A stretch of DNA of 64,000 nt, from positions 25,904,798 through 25,968,797 of the forward strand of contig OZ316893.1 of assembly GCA_973895155.1 (NCBI GenBank), given 5' to 3'. The DNA is from Marsupella aquatica. Taxonomy: Eukaryota; Plantae; Marchantiophyta. The position numbers were made by a program, and so were the translations under genes. Each line of letters opens with the position of its first letter. Position 1 is the first letter of the stretch. The notes beneath the pieces were generated by a model. It was not told the DNA's origin and did not search any database. It saw only the letters and a list, made by a program, of their open reading frames with translations. Shown here piece by piece: positions 25,059 through 40,100 of the stretch.

Positions 25059-28000
25059 ATGCACGGCCAGGCGCGGTTGCCCCCGGGGCAATCCCCAGAT
25101 CATAAGAAGAACGAGGAGAAGGCCAAGAAGTTTAAGTCGCTTGTGGAGGACTTTCTCCGGAATCACCATGAGAAATGGTAAGTTTCAATTTAATGAATTT
25201 GACCAACATGAATGTCCATATCTGGATAGCCCGTGGCTGGAAGATTGATTCCTTTGATTCATGACGTGCCAGCTACACCAAAGAGGCGTTGAAGCAAAGT
25301 GCACAATTACTGGAGCTCAACCCTGAATTTTATACAGCATGGAATTATCGGAAGCTTGGCGTCCAACACCTTCTAGATTCTGAGCCAGATGAGGTTGGAC
25401 GCAAACGTTTAATGGAAGATGAGCTGCGAATGGTATCATACCGACCCATCCCCATATAGTTGTCGCTACTGCAGACAGGAAATTCTTTTTTAATAGCTGG
25501 CATGACTGTAGATAGTGCTGAATGGGACTACAGAAGCAAACAGCATGGAGACTAGCGGGGATTCTTTTCTTCCTGTTACTTGAGAGGTCACGAAGTGGAT
25601 GGGAAGCTGCCCTCAAACATTCATGTCTGGTGCTGTGTTGAAGGGCAGGTGGAAAGAGCACTGCAGGCGAATATAAAATCCTACGGGGCTTGGTACCATC
25701 GGAGATGGATCATCGAGTTTGGGTACTCATCAGTGGAGCACGAATTTCTGCTACTCCAGAAACTTCTTAAAATCGATTCACGAAACTTCCATGGATGGAC
25801 GTATAGGAGGTAATCCTTCTTTGGATTTGCCTAACTGAGAAGGCATATTAGTTTTTTAAGCACCCTGTGGAAATTGGTCATACTGTCGTCTCCGACAACC
25901 TACTTGGCTGTAACCTGTGTCTTAATCGAGTTGTTAATTATTTGAGATAATGTTGGGAGTACATGAAAGAATTTTCCACTTCCACAAAACTTTCGTCCAT
26001 CACCGAAGTGGGATTTGTGTTCAATTGTTTTGGCTATGATATCTTAGTGCTACCTTTCAGTTCTGACAGTGTTTTCTTCATCTTTGCAGATTTTGTGTCA
26101 CGACCAATAACGTGACACCTGATAAAGAGCTCCAGTACGCAACCGAGAAGATTAATGAAAATTTTAGTAACTATTCAGCTTGGCATTATCGCAGGTAAGT
26201 TATATGCTCTCAATATCTTCTCATCTGATCAGCGTCCCCGGGGAGGACTGAGGGGTTTCAAAACCATCTCAAAAGTGATGACCTGTTCAAAGTTGTGTTT
26301 CAAACCATGTTTGGAAAGTGCTTGCTATTATTTTGTCTTCTGCTATGAATTTATAGAGCTACTGTGAATATGTTTTCCTACATCTTGTAATTAGGACTCT
26401 GATGTTGGTCTTGCTTGCAGTACTTTGCTGTCTCAGCTGGTCATTGGGGGAGTGAGCAAGGAGAAGATTTTAACGGATGAGTACGAGCTAGTGAACCAAG
26501 CGTACTTCACAGAGCCAGATGATCAATCTGCGTGGTTTTATAACACGTGGCTACTTGGGGAGACAAAGATTGATTCCGGTGCTCGGTTAATTGGGACATG
26601 GCCTTTAGATGGCTCTACTGTTACGGTTGAGGCCGACACACGGTCATCGACAATTTATGTACGCTCTAAAAATCCTGTAGATTCTTGGTACGGGTTTTTT
26701 TCGGAAGGGTTCCCTGTTGTACTTTGCTTCAGTCAAGCTATCACAGATGTGGTCGTCAATGTTCGTTCTACACCTGCACTACTTGGACATCTGAGTGAGG
26801 TTCATTGGCGGCCCTTATCTAGTGTACCGGGACCTTCAAAGACATGGTTAGGAGAATTTTCTCTTCAGGGCTGTCCAGAAGGGGAGTTTGTACTCTCTAT
26901 GAAGATTTCAACACAAAGTGGGTTGTGCCAGGAGGCACCGATTGAGTTCAATCTGCAAGTATCAGCTGGAAAGTATTCTGTGAGGATGCTTTATGAGAAA
27001 GATTCAATGGAAAAGATTGGTCGGGAGGACTGGCCGTCGTCCTGGCCCGGAAAAAGTTTTACCGATGGCGAGAAAGAGGAAAGCAGATTGGAACGGGAGG
27101 ATGTTGAACAACTATCCGCTGACAATCTTTTGTCTGAGGACACTGTCAACACTACAGTTGGCAAGGTCGACTGGCAATTGAGATTACTGGAGGAACAAAT
27201 TCAACATCTACGCGAGCTGTTGGAACTTGAACCAAACAGGTCTACTTCTTTCTCTTATTTGTAAGTTGATGTGTAGTCAACTGGAAATGATCAAAGTTCC
27301 AGCTCACTTTCAGCGTGTGGCACTGACATTTCTTTCAATTCTCTCTGTATGTCTTGCAGCAAATGGGCAAAGTTGACACTGTCAAAGGTCTTACTTGAGC
27401 AGGATGCCCGCACCCATAACTATGGAAGGCACAGGAATGAAGTTCTGGATCTGTTGAAGGAACTGATACGACTTGATCCTGATCACACGGCCTATTATGA
27501 GTCACTACTCAGCAGCTTAATTATAGCTAAGGTAGATCTTGGCCTAATCAGGACTGCGGTGACACGGACTTAATCGCCCTTTGCTATTTTTATGAGATGG
27601 ATGAAATTGTTCAGAGTTCTGCGAAGACTCTTACTGTTTACTGATCTTTTTCTTCTTACTCCTCTTCCTTTTTTTCAGTTCTTGCGGAATCCAAATGATT
27701 TAAAGCAGCTTTGGGTGGAACCGAAGAAGATTGATAGTGAGCATTCGGAAACATTTGGCTGGCTTCGGTGGAATGGGTTATCTCTCAGTAAATTTGACCG
27801 TGTCGACGGGTTGCTTTGGGTGCAAAGACTGGATCTTAGTCACAACCAGTTGCGCTCTCTCGATGGTAATATTCAGGGTTTGCAGTCCAGTTTTTGTTTC
27901 AGTCCCTTACTCCTTTTTTGAGATGCAATACGTGCTGACATTTCATTTTCGAAAGCTTAAAATCTCAATTGCATACATTACTCAATGGAATACGATTTTG

Positions 28001-28533
28001 TGCTCTAGTATCGAACGATCTGAGTTTGTAGATCTGTCATGCAACACTAGATTTGGCTTATGGCAGAATTTGGCTACTAATCTTGTAATGGAGACTCTTC
28101 CAGCACTGACAAGAGGGTTGACTTTGCTTCTTTTATTGTGGCAGGTTTGGAAGCAATGCAGCTGCTTGATTCCTTAGATGTTAGCCACAATAGGATATCA
28201 AATGTTACGACGCTTGCTCCCCTACGTCTTAATCCACAACTACGATTCTTGAACATATCTCACAACGAAATAGGTGGTCATCCTGTAGATTCTTCACGTT
28301 ACTCCTTCGCTTCCGTTTTGACAAATCAGATGGTCTCTTTTTCGAACGAAAGGGAGCTGCACCACGAAGTAATTGAAGAGGATAATTGGGAGGTACAGGT
28401 TGTCTTTGGAGGTTTGAAATTGAGAGTTTTAGAGATCTCTGGCAATGTAGCTGCCAACAACAAGTCGTTTAGAGAAGCCCTATTAAAGGCCCTTCCTTCC
28501 TTGGAATTGCTTGATGGCCAGCAAATTCAATGA
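25059..28533 (+). CDS. RGTA1: Rab geranylgeranyltransferase type II alpha subunit (PTA repeats, Ig-like insert, C-terminal LRRs)
   Basis: GT-AG exons 25059-25177, 25273-25432, 25649-25809, 26090-26194, 26421-27239, 27360-27531, 27679-27865, 28145-28533. MHG start; PTA repeats [60 protein letters not shown]; LRRs [27 protein letters not shown]. Confidence 0.95.
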
Positions 28534-29655
28534 CGGGAGTAGATCTCCTATTGAGTTCTTTCCCATCTCTTATTCGCTAATGGATAATGTCATCCAACTT
28601 TAGACTGTGAAGGTCCCAAGAGGGTGCTTACGGTCCCTTCACCGCTTAGATTTTCTCTGTTTTTGCAGCCGGTCTGGAGTGGTTCATTTCAGATAGAAAA
28701 AATATTGCGGCCGCTTCTGAGATTGACACCAGATACTGTAAGGTAACAATCGACGCCTGATCCCTTAGTACTTATCTTACTAAGTACTAGGGCATTTTGA
28801 AATCGTTGTGTGGATGGGGAATATACGAGCTTCAATTAGGGGCCATCTTTTATCTGTCGGTGAATACTTAACTCGTATCTGTATCGAATTGAAACGGAGT
28901 CACTTAGTGCTCTTGACGCCCTACTCCAGAAAACTCAGATGGGAGATTTACCTCACCTCTCCTGTTGAAACCATTATGACTTCAAAAGTATTTCATTGGA
29001 ATTAATCCGTGAGGACTAGTTAGGAACGGGTACAAGGGTTGTCCTCAAATGTTTGGTGTTCATAAGTTATTGTCACTCACATTTTTGAATGTCAAACATC
29101 ATTATGTCATGTAACTTTACAGTAAAGAGTACTTAGCTTGCAATCTTTATGGCATTTGTGAAGTCCATTACGGGTCTTTACTTCGAGCCTCTTATCCAAC
29201 GGCTCATTTAGGTGTTTCACTTAACCAGTTTTACTCCATCTCGCTCAAGCACTTCGCCTTGTAAAATTTGTCTGCATAAGGCCACAGTGACATCTCATGA
29301 AAAGATTGCACCAAGACGGCTTCCCAATTTGCATTTGTGGGCCCCTAAAGAACATGGCAAAGGATGATGTTTTGTTTCGTTAGGCTTGATTTTCCTTACA
29401 GTGGCGATGTAAGTATCAAAGAACTCAATGATCACTGTTGGACTAAACTTGAAGAAGTGCTCACTCAGCAGTTCCATAATCAGCTGGAAGCTTCTTAATT
29501 TTGGTAGGATTGTAGCAGAGAATGCCTCGTCTGTCCACGATTCTGCTGATGAAGGTAAGGCTGAGGTACTGAGGCCGCCACGGTGATGTGGCAGGATAAG
29601 GAGTAAGAAGCTGACGCTGAATCACAAGTGGTGCAATTGGTTATGCAATAGGTCG

Positions 29656-30085
29656 CCTTGACCCTTTGCTTGCTTGCTTTTTGTTTTGATTTGTCGAGCA
29701 CCTCAGCTTTCATTTTAAGACACAGACCTTTCGCCCCCCAGCCTTGAACCCTTTGCTTGCTTGCTTTTTGTTTTGACTTGTTGAGCACCTCAGCTTTCAT
29801 TCGTCGTTTCAATACTGAGAATTTCGCCCCCCAGCCTTGAACCCTTTGCTTGCTTGCTTTTTGTTTTGATTTGTCGAGCACCTCAGCTTTCATTCGTCGT
29901 TTCAAGAATTAGACCTTTCTCCCCCCATGCAGACTTTCTTATGTTTCATGACAAATTAGTCCATCACTCAATGAACGAGCTGGTGAGGGGCGAAGACCGA
30001 GACCTTTCGCCCCCCATGCAGACTTTGTCAGGTTTGTCATAATTAATTAGTCCATCACTCAATGAACGAACTGGTGAAGGGCGAT
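29656..30085. repeat. Compound tandem array: three ~86-93-bp units followed by two ~89-bp units
   Basis: CCTTGA(A)CCCTTTGCTTGCTTGCTTTTTGTTTTGA.TTGT.GAGCACCTCAGCTTTCATT at 29656, 29742, 29835; AGACCTTTC.CCCCCCATGCAGACTTT...AATTAGTCCATCACTCAATGAACGA.CTGGTGA twice. Confidence 0.9.
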
Positions 30086-31352
30086 CCATCAACATTGACT
30101 GCTCAATCCTTTGAAAAGCATACGGATTGAATGGAAGTTGCATCGTTGTTGAAACCTTGGGGAACACTGTTTCTCTCACAATCTTCATGTGTACCTTTTA
30201 GGTGGATTGCATGGAAGTTGCATCACTGGTAAGAACATGCGACACTGTTTCTCACGTAATCTTCATGTGTCGTTCTTAGATAGATTGCATGGAAGCTCAT
30301 GATTGTGGAACGCCTTGAGAAACACTGTTTGTCCCAAAAACTTCATAATTGTGTAAGTTCTTAGGTAGAACTCGATGACCCTTCGTGTGATCAACAGTAG
30401 ACGTGTCCACTTCTTCGTAAGATCAACAGTAGACGTGTCTGTTCGTTCCCCGGAAGTTATCACCAAAATGACGTGGCTGAGGGTTGGGCAGTAACTTCAT
30501 ACACATTCTTGACCGGATGACCAGCTGCCATCACTGTTAAAATCTGTGGGTTGAACGTCGGTTCACAAATGATTGATTCACAGCCCTGATTAAGATTCTG
30601 AAGCCCCTGGCTCTTCCCCTACATCATGCTGCCGACCAAACACAGTGTTTTGGTAGAACGAATTAATGCCGTCATGGGTAATCCATTCGAAACCAACAGT
30701 CATATCCCTTCCTGTGCAAGAACAAATTCACAGACCGGAAAGACGCACGTCGTATCACTCATATCCGATGCACAAGAGACTATTGCGCTGTGGCCTAGTA
30801 CTGTACACAACTTTGGCACTCTGTAAAGGGTCCTTCTGAGGTGGCCTTCCAATTGCGGCCTTCCAATTCCGTATCACAAATCAAAGTGATAATCTCGTTT
30901 TCACTCGTCTCACTTCTCTCTCTCCACTCCAGTCAAAATGCGCTGACAAGATAATCAATAGACTCAGGATAAGATGCCATTGAAATGTACACTTGGGCAC
31001 CAAGATTCTAAAATCCTGTTAGTCTTAACACCTCGCCTGTGCATGTTTCCTCGATTGGGTTACCCGATTGCGTTCAGTTTCTTCAGAGGTTGCTTCTCCA
31101 ACCAGAGAGGGCTCCAATGAGATGATGGATCAAATTGGTCTGAAGAAAGCGAGTGAAATCTGTGGGCCACATTGCATGTACCTGTGTTCCTCTACTGGGT
31201 CCCCAGAAATTGAGATTCGTTACCCTGGACGAGTTTCCTGATTCCATCAATGTGGCGTGATCTGCTCCTTCTCGTCCTCTTCACCCTGATATAGATCACT
31301 CCCTCCATGAATTTGCTTGGTTCAGTAGTTGACTTCTTCTGCTAGCAGCTTT

Positions 31353-31592
31353 ATCCAGGACTTTCTTGGAGATCAGTCTGACCCCATAGCCGTCCCACCT
31401 GCAGTTTCAAGCTTCCATCAAAGTCAATTGTGTGCTCTTCGTACAGGACACTGGGCCCTCCAAGCCTTCCATCATCCAGGACTTTCTTGGAGTCAGTGTG
31501 ACCCCATAGCCGCCCCACTGCAGTTTCAAGCTTCCATCAATGTCAATTGTGTGCTCTTTGTACAGGCCACTGGGCCCTCCAAGCTTTCCATC
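31353..31592. repeat. Two-copy ~120-bp tandem duplication
   Basis: ATCCAGGACTTTCTTGGAG..TGACCCCATAGCCG..CTGCAGTTTCAAGCTTCCATCAA.GTCAATTGTGTGCTCTT.GTACAGG.CACTGGGCCCTCCAAGC.TTCCATC twice. Confidence 0.9.
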
Positions 31593-34500
31593 AGCCACTA
31601 CAAATTTTCTGATCTCTCGAGAACCTTCTCACCACCCTTCTAGTCTTGAGCTCCACTCTTAAGACTCCACTGGTTTTCTGACCCTGGTCCACTCGTACCT
31701 TTATGGTGCCTCACATGGCTACCAGACCTCACTTTGACCCTGTTAGACATGGTTGTGAGCTCCCTCTATCTGGACCCAGTTTCATGTGAGTGTTCCATGG
31801 AAAAGGTCCTTTTCCAGCGCTTTCTCCAGAAGCTTCACTTCCTCTAAATGCAGGGAGTACCATGGTGGTAATTAGGTTTGCCAAGAAAATGGGTGGTTCC
31901 AGAAAAGGTGAGCTGGACTAACAGCCTGACAGTTTTAGGAAATGGGAAGGAAGTTAAAGCCAAGACAAACCGTATATGAACAACTTTATATGAGGCCAAA
32001 TGCCCTGCCCCCAAAACATTGTTTTTTGTCAATCAATAAATAAATAAATATCAGACTTCAAAAATCAAAAGCATCCAACTAGGAGACATGATCCCAAAGG
32101 TGAACTGCCCAATCCGGAAGCAACAAAAGAGTCAAGGCCAGGGTGACCGAATAAAGGTCCACCACAAAAACAACCAAACCCTAGCCGAAACCTAACTAAA
32201 CTGGAAGAGCCTGGTACAGCTGTGGGGTGAACTGGATGCAAGGGTGAAGCAAAAGAATCTGCTTAGGAGCCTTAAAACCCACAGCCGCACCCCTACAAAC
32301 AATAGTGAATGCCTGAGCCCTTTGAGTAGAATAGATTGTGAACACCTTTGAGTAGAATAGATTGTGAACACATGTTTTGGCTAAGTATCAGCAAAACTCT
32401 GGGAAAAAGTAGACTGAGAAAACCTTTTGGCTGGAGAATCTAAATTGACCACTCACAAAAGTCTGGAGGCAAGTTTAAGATATAATTTCACAGTCAAGTT
32501 ACAATAATTTCTCACCATCAAAGTTAGGACTAGGGTACTCTTAAATACTGTGGCCCCGCCATGGCTGGGGTCCATAGCTTGAAAGGTGTAGCTAGTAGCT
32601 AAGCTCTAAATGTAGGGGACTTTTCAAACCTCTTAGAGTAATGTAGGGCCTGGACTTGGAGAGCCTGGATCCACCTTTACTAGGGCCTTTTGATAATTCG
32701 ATTGTCAGCTTACTGCCGGAAGGTCTATCCATAGCTATCACCTACGTTTCCACATCACTTTGCCGAATTTTGGGCCATATATTTGGCTACAAAGGGACCA
32801 TATTCTTCAAGAAATGGTTTTAAATTGATGCTAACAGGTCAATGGACCATTCTTAGGGACTACTACTTTAAAGGTCTTATCCAAAAACATGTGCCTGTGT
32901 CCTTAATTAATAGGCACGGGATATGACTCGTTCAAGGATTGCATTCTTTAGGATAAACTTTACACTAAAAACATGGAAATTATCTGGTCTTTTGTACTAT
33001 CACTTAAATATCACCAGGCCCCTGACCAAAGCTGCTATCTGATCACCATAGGCTGAACTTCCTCTAGAATGGTACGTGGAACACTTCTCCAGAAGCCAGG
33101 TTTGCTTAAACACACAAGAGAGCTGCATTGCGCTCTAGGCCTATCCGTCATACCAAGTCTTTACAACACAAGCTTTCTCTATGGCTCAGATAATTCCATG
33201 ACAATGAGCTTTCATAATTCACAAACTAGCTTTTTGCTTGTGAATACTAAGGGGTAAATCTAACCTTGATCAAGTACTAGAACTTGGGTAGACTAATTAT
33301 GGTTAGAGAGTAACTGTCCACCCATGAGTAAAATGCCTAGTAGGCCAAATTCTTTATTTTGTTTCACCAGCTCAAGTGCACGTGTTCATGTACTGGAAGG
33401 GCTGTTGAGTGGTCAACATCAATGGAAAATTGTGAGAACCCCTTGCAACACAAAGTAGGTCTTTATGATAGAATTTAACTAATATAAATTAAAAAGCCTA
33501 GGCGCTCAGAGAAGGTACAACAACCTTAAATTTATAAAATAGTTTTTACGAACTAACTGTTAAAAAGTAAAATAAATATTGAAAATAGAGGATCATTTTC
33601 TTGAATCTTTTATTACACACGTAAGAAGGAAGCAAGGTGTGACACATGGGAAGATTCTCACCTGGAAACCAGACCTCAAATCTGACTCACTTGCACAGTC
33701 AAGCAAGTTGGCTTTCTTCCTTGTTTTGGAATCAAATTTGCACGCATGGACTCAAAATGGCACGGGGGAGGGAATCAAACCATTATCTTCACTTAGTCAC
33801 CTCATCACTAATCCAAAATCATATTGCTATGAGGTGAAATTTACACTGTTTAAGTTCAGACAGTCGGTATTCTTCTAGGGCCAAGGATGTTGGTTTGAGG
33901 GTTTCAGACAAATTCCTCTTAGTTTGGGATCTTCCAATGTGGTGTACTCAGGAGCTTTACCAGGGGTTTGTTGCTCAATATGGCATTAGTTAATTTGCTC
34001 CTGTGGGAGACTCTTGGGCTTTTGGCTCTTTGATCTTCATGGGGTTGTTCCCTGGTTTTATCTGCTCATGCCTTTGGGATCCTATCTCCCAGTTATGCAG
34101 CTTTTGTCTAAACACGACAAACCCATGTCTAAACACGACATTATTTCTCCAAAGTTCTCATCACATTAGAACCAGAAGGGGGACTCAAATATGGGGATGG
34201 GCATATTTCTACAGGAGTATCTGGTCATACACTAATTCTGAGATGGCCTCCAGGGGAGTAACTTGGGCTTGATGCTACTTCCTGCTGTGGCCAACAGAAA
34301 CAGCACCTGGGAAATCCTATGGCAATAGCTTGTCTCTTGCCGGATTGATTGTCAAATTACTGCGACATCCATTTTCAAAGATATCATGGACATGTCAAAT
34401 CTAGGGTGGCTTGAAGTTTGAGTCCCTCTAGTCCACTCATTTGTAAAACCTGATGGGAGAAGAGTTTAGGGTTTTGGGACAGAACAAGTGACTGACATTT

Positions 34501-37119
34501 TTGGTGTGCGGTACAGGTCTCTAATCTATGTTAGGGTTTAGGGCAGCCTCCATTTTAGAGGAGAATTTTTGCCAAACTCCGCGCAATTGAAAAGTCTTTG
34601 CACATTTTGGCACTTTGCTAGTTTGATTAGGGTTTTGTCTTGATTAGCCGGTTCCTGTGTAATTAGGAATCCCGCTAGCCAGAATCAGATGGTTATCCTT
34701 AAATCTACCTAATTCTACTTCTCAGACAAAAATTAAAAAGGAATATTCAGAGAATCATTTCCTTTCTACGAAAGGTACCATTCGCCAAAAGAACAAACCT
34801 TAAAAATTTCCCGAGTTTAGGGTTCAAGTTGGAATTAAAAACTAAAAACTAATAAGCAGGTCAAGCCATCAACCCTAATAAAGATACTTTTGGAATACAA
34901 TGCGATTCTTTCTGCCCAAAGAGACATCGCTGGAGCTCCTGCAACAGGGAATGCCACATGTGGAAAAGTGGCTTCAATTAAGACTGGAAAAGTGCGCTCA
35001 TTAAATGCACAGGAAATAATATTGTCCTTTACTTCAGTCAAAAAGTACCCTCTTGGAAGACCCAGTGGAGGTCGTAGCGCTCAGATCCATATTAATAACT
35101 GATGCATGCTGCGTTTTTCCTTTTACAGTAGTTACGTTCATCTTGTCATTTAGCTAAGCTGCTTTATTATTTTTGGCATTTACCTTATGAATAAGGTGAT
35201 AGTGTCGATCAGTGCTTTATTATTTTTGGCTCTTTGTGTATGGAACAGTTGATAGTGTCGATCTATATTTCACGTTGTTATCATGGTTTGGTATCATTCT
35301 CTATCCTCTGGCGATCATGGCAGTCACGACTTGTAAACTCGAGGGATGCATGCAATGGATGAAACTACAGTAGCACTTTTTGGTGAGAAATTATTCCTTA
35401 GTGTCCATACCCTATCAATTAAAGAGTTAGACACGAAGTTGCTTGTGTTTTAGTGATCTACTCATCTAGTTGCAAAACTGAGATGATCTTCCTGTTTGTG
35501 TTCCTGCTTCTTTCAGTTTTTACGGGTCAGGTAACTGGACATTAAAATATGACATATATGATGTACAATATCCTTTCATACTATGATAAACCTAGTGATT
35601 ATTTTTTAAATCAATGAGTGCACACCCTATATGACCACATTTTGATGTGTGATTACTGGCAGAGATTTTTTACTGGCAAGTGATTTGCAATACAGGATAC
35701 AATTCAGACCCCCCAAAAACAGCACAAAGTCACAAGGCAAAACCAGCTAGACAGATCTAGTAAGTCGCCATGAAATTGGAGTTTAGAACATTACAATACT
35801 GAGAGCAACAACTAGTAAATCACAGAAATCTAATTTACTATTGCCAAACCAAACACATGAATCATTTCCACTTGTGGGCTACCCTACAGTGTTCCATGTT
35901 CCATGCTCTAACGAGATGGGCTACTAATGGGTGGGTCTTCTTTAGTTTCAAGACAAAAACCAACCCTAGACAGCTGGGCAGGTTTGGGGCCATGGGAAAA
36001 CTCCATAGGGCATCTCCAAGCTCCGTGTTATGGCTGATGGTTTTTGGCTATGATTTTTCTTGCGCAGTGATGTAAAAGATGTCTTTTGTGTCTTTCAGTA
36101 ATCCCTACTCTGACTACAGTCATATGATGATTCCTTCAGCCAAAAACCTATTGATTATAAATTTGGTAGTCTACAAGTTTTTCTGATACTAACCTTAGCA
36201 TAGTAATTGAGATTTGAGACCTCCTAACATCAAACCTTGGTAATGCAAAGGAACTGGCTTAGGTCAGTTGGCCAAGTGGATGAGCCTAGAACCTAGAATA
36301 TCCACAGGCAGGCGAGTGTTGAGGATATGTGTACATGTGTGAGTGACATGTAGAAACAAGGGTACTAGGGTAGTTTCCCTTCAACCTCGGCGTGTCCACT
36401 TTGGGACCCTGGTTCAACCCTCTCTCACACTTTGGATAGTTGACGGGTATCTTCACCTTGTGGGCCACCCAACAAAGGTGCATGCTCCAAACTACAGTAG
36501 ATAGTGTGTCCTCTTCTGAATTGTCTGCTTTACTTTTCACAGAAAAACTTGCTAGCACATTTTGGTCATGCTAGCTTCAGCATTCATAGGTGCGAATTCG
36601 GGTGCTTATAGTTTTGGCAAATTGGTGTTTTAGTACAGTAGTTGGACTTCTAAAAATGTCCTTTCCCACCTTAAAGTTAGTCCCCAGTCAAGTTATCGTC
36701 AACGAAATCCCACATGAGACTTCAAGTCGATAGTACAAAGTACGAGGTAAATCTGTTGTTCCCATTTTATCCTACGGCGTACCAATCGTGTGCGGAAATA
36801 GTCAACCCCTTCACCCAGTATTCCAGTAATGACAGTTTACTGTAAAAGAGAGACCTACCGAACCGCTACCAAACGCCCATACTATATCCAGAAGCCGTCC
36901 CCGTTCCGTGTTTCACGGCATGCATCCCGAAGACGGTCGGCATTACGGCGAGCTTGCAGGCCGCCCGATCTTCGAATCGACGGGCACGCGATAGAATATC
37001 CCGCGAAAACGTCCTCGGAAGTCAATAATTACTATTATCGTGGTCTATCGGATCCCGGCCGAGGAGGATCGCGTAGACGTGTCCTTATTATTGGAACCCG
37101 GACGGGTTGTGGTGCCGCA

Positions 37120-40100
37120 GTACGGTGCACTGAGTGGCTTATCCGTTCAGGGCGCCGAGCTATAAAGGCCGAACGGCCGAACTTGCGGTCTTGTCGACTT
37201 GTCGGACCCTGGTTGGATCCGTACTGGATCCGTACCATGTTATGTTGGTGCGGCCCCCTGGCTCCGTCAAGCGAACCGAGGCAAGCAAGTGCGACGTGGG
37301 GCGGCAGCGTACGGTTGGTCATGACTTCTTTCCCGGTCGCTGGGTTCCGTCGACCTGGATAAAAGGTACCGGTCACCGGCCCATACGGGCGGGCGCAGTT
37401 ATGAGCCTCTCTTGTTACGGTGTGATAAAGAAAGATATATATACGAGATTTTTCTTTGACAGGATCCAGTTTCACATGGTTTGAGGTTCAAGTCTGGTCA
37501 GCGTATTGTGAACTGTGAAGCGCGAAGTGTGTGATTTTTTGAAATAATTATAATGCATTAAGCCGCACTTTTGGATATGGGAAAGTCAGTTGTGCTGACA
37601 AGACTTATCCGGAAAATGATCTTGAGACGAGTACCTGCAGTGTAGGGCCGGCCATAAGTTACGGTCCGTGCTGGGCTAGATCTTTTTGCTGAAAGGTGGG
37701 GATTTATGGCGCGCTTTCCGACCACGCGATGATCAGAGTAAGCGCAGTGGAGTGGGGGGGGAGTCAAGGCTCCAGCAGAGCAGATTTGATTACAGTCGCA
37801 CGATCAGGATTGGGCTACACTTATGTGCCGCCCTCACTGTAATCAATAATCGACGGGAATGGATTGCTCGTATGGGAGTCGAGTGACAGCATGACCACTC
37901 CCGTACTGTATTCCTGCTGCCACTTTTACAAAGCCGCGTGTACTTCGCATGGAAAGGAGAGAAGCCATGCAATGCCATGCCGGAAGCCCCATCGTCACGC
38001 GGGACTTTCATGTGGGAATGTTTATTGGCCGTCGCGTGGCTTCTGAGGAGAACATGGTCTGCTTTGTTGCGCTACAAAAGATAGCCACATAGGGTAGCAG
38101 GATAACAGCAGGATAACCCTCTAGCACGTTTAGGTGATATTCGAGGGGGGTTGCAAAATTATTTTACTCTCCGTTTTGAGTTTCATACACGGTACGAGTC
38201 GAGCCATTTTCCATGCTGGTATTGGGTAGTACATTCAGGGACAGATGGGCAAAGCGCACAAGTGATTTACCCATGCCTTTGGAAAGTTACCGTTTGAGAC
38301 CAACCAAGAACAATGCTGTAATTTCAGGGCACTTCAAGATGGGCCTGCAATTTTACATGAAATGCACTTGTGCACGTATGCAAGGCAGTGATTACCCATG
38401 CCTTGGAACGTTACCATAAGAGACCAACCAAAAACAATGCTGTAATTTCAGGGGACTTCAAGATGGGCCTTTTTCCATGAAATGCACTAGTGCATGTATG
38501 CAAGGCCTAGTCTATGAAAGCACTTGCTGGCACGCGGGAAAGATGAACTCAAAATAGAGGGAAAGATGAGGGTTTAGGGTTTAGACTTTGTTTGTCCTCA
38601 CCTCTCGCTTTCCGTTCAAGGAACGTGTAATTAAGGCTCGTTTATTAAAATTAAACAACGAGTGTCTTAACGTGAACGAAAAGACATTGGACTAAACGTC
38701 TAAGCCACTTACACCGTGGTTTACTAGACAGTGGCGTGGACGCCATCAGTTTACGTGTCATCGAACACCTGTATTGTTTGCCGAGCACTTGTGTGGTTGC
38801 CGTTCCAGTGACAGTCGCGATTACATGTCCACCGCACGCGACATATCATCACATCTGTACTGGACTGTACCTTATCTCCCCCCGTCACCGTGTGGACTGT
38901 GGAGCACGGTCAGCTGCAAGCAAGAGCAGTCATTACATCTACACCAGGCGCGACATGTAAGGTAATCTTTACTGTAATACAGTTCGCGTCAGCGCGTGTG
39001 GAACAAAACATTCGCCGCGGCGCTGAGGGTTTTTGGCCTTTTGGGGTCCGAGGCGCGTAGAAGATAGCGATGCCCTCCTTTTCGCCGGTAAATACCCTGA
39101 CTCGGGTCCGTCACACTGCGCACGTGTGGTATCCGAAGATTCCGGTGGTTTGTCCCGGGGTAAACGCTTGTCAATGTCGGAATCTGATCGGTCAGGAACG
39201 CTTTTGCTCCTTTCTTGATTCAAAGTGGATTGGTGCCCACGTGTCCACCCTACATGGCAAGCCTATCCACAGAGTCGTCAATCCGATAGCCTAGTCTGTA
39301 GCTGAGTCAGGTCACGGTAGCTGGCACACAGCAACCACGTAACGGAAGGACTGTACGTAAATAAATATCTCCTATTTTGCATTGCCGATTCAGAACGAAA
39401 ACCTCGGTAGAAAAACAGATTCCACCTTTGAGAAACAGAGCAATGTAACCCCTTAAATCTAGAATCTTAATTATATGAACTCAGACAAAATTTGCTTTTG
39501 ACGTAAGATAAAGTTACCCGGTTTGTGAGGGTTCTCTGGTGTTTGGGGTTACCCACACTAATTTAATGGGCAAGACACTTTGGGTATTTTACTCCAAGAA
39601 CATCTTTGAAGGCAGTTTAACATTCTTAAGTCGGTTGAGAATAAAATCGAGTTACACCCTAGGCCAGCTGCACTGCAAAATTGACCAATTCCACTACTCA
39701 AAACCCAGAAATATGTCACAACTTTACTCAAGAAATTGACGAAGTGATGGAAAGGGGCTATTTTGTGGCCATTTTTCATGGATAGCCAATTCTGTCTAAT
39801 AGCCTCTATTTAATTTTTTTTTTTTTTTAAAGGGAATTTTGTGAAACTTCACAGAAAAAAAGAGTCAGTCACAATAGTTACACCCAAGATCTATCAGTCT
39901 ATACTCAAATGAGTTACCACAAAGTCATGCCTCTTTGGGCACTGTTTTTATTTTTCCACAATAATTGAACCCAATACCTATTAGTCTATAGTCAAATGAG
40001 CTACCACAAAATCATACCTTTTTGGGCACTGCCTCTATTTTTTTAATGTGGAGAGTCATGTAACCACGCTTCAAGCTTGTTCGTCGTGTAAAGACACCCT

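Noticed and set aside
29495-29905. 136-aa Lys-rich ORF as a stand-alone gene
   Set aside because: The ORF consists almost entirely of the tandem repeat; no independent support
40026-40037. Partial miR408-like sequence GCACTGCCTCT
   Set aside because: Only 11 nt match, inside an AT-rich duplication, with no hairpin partner
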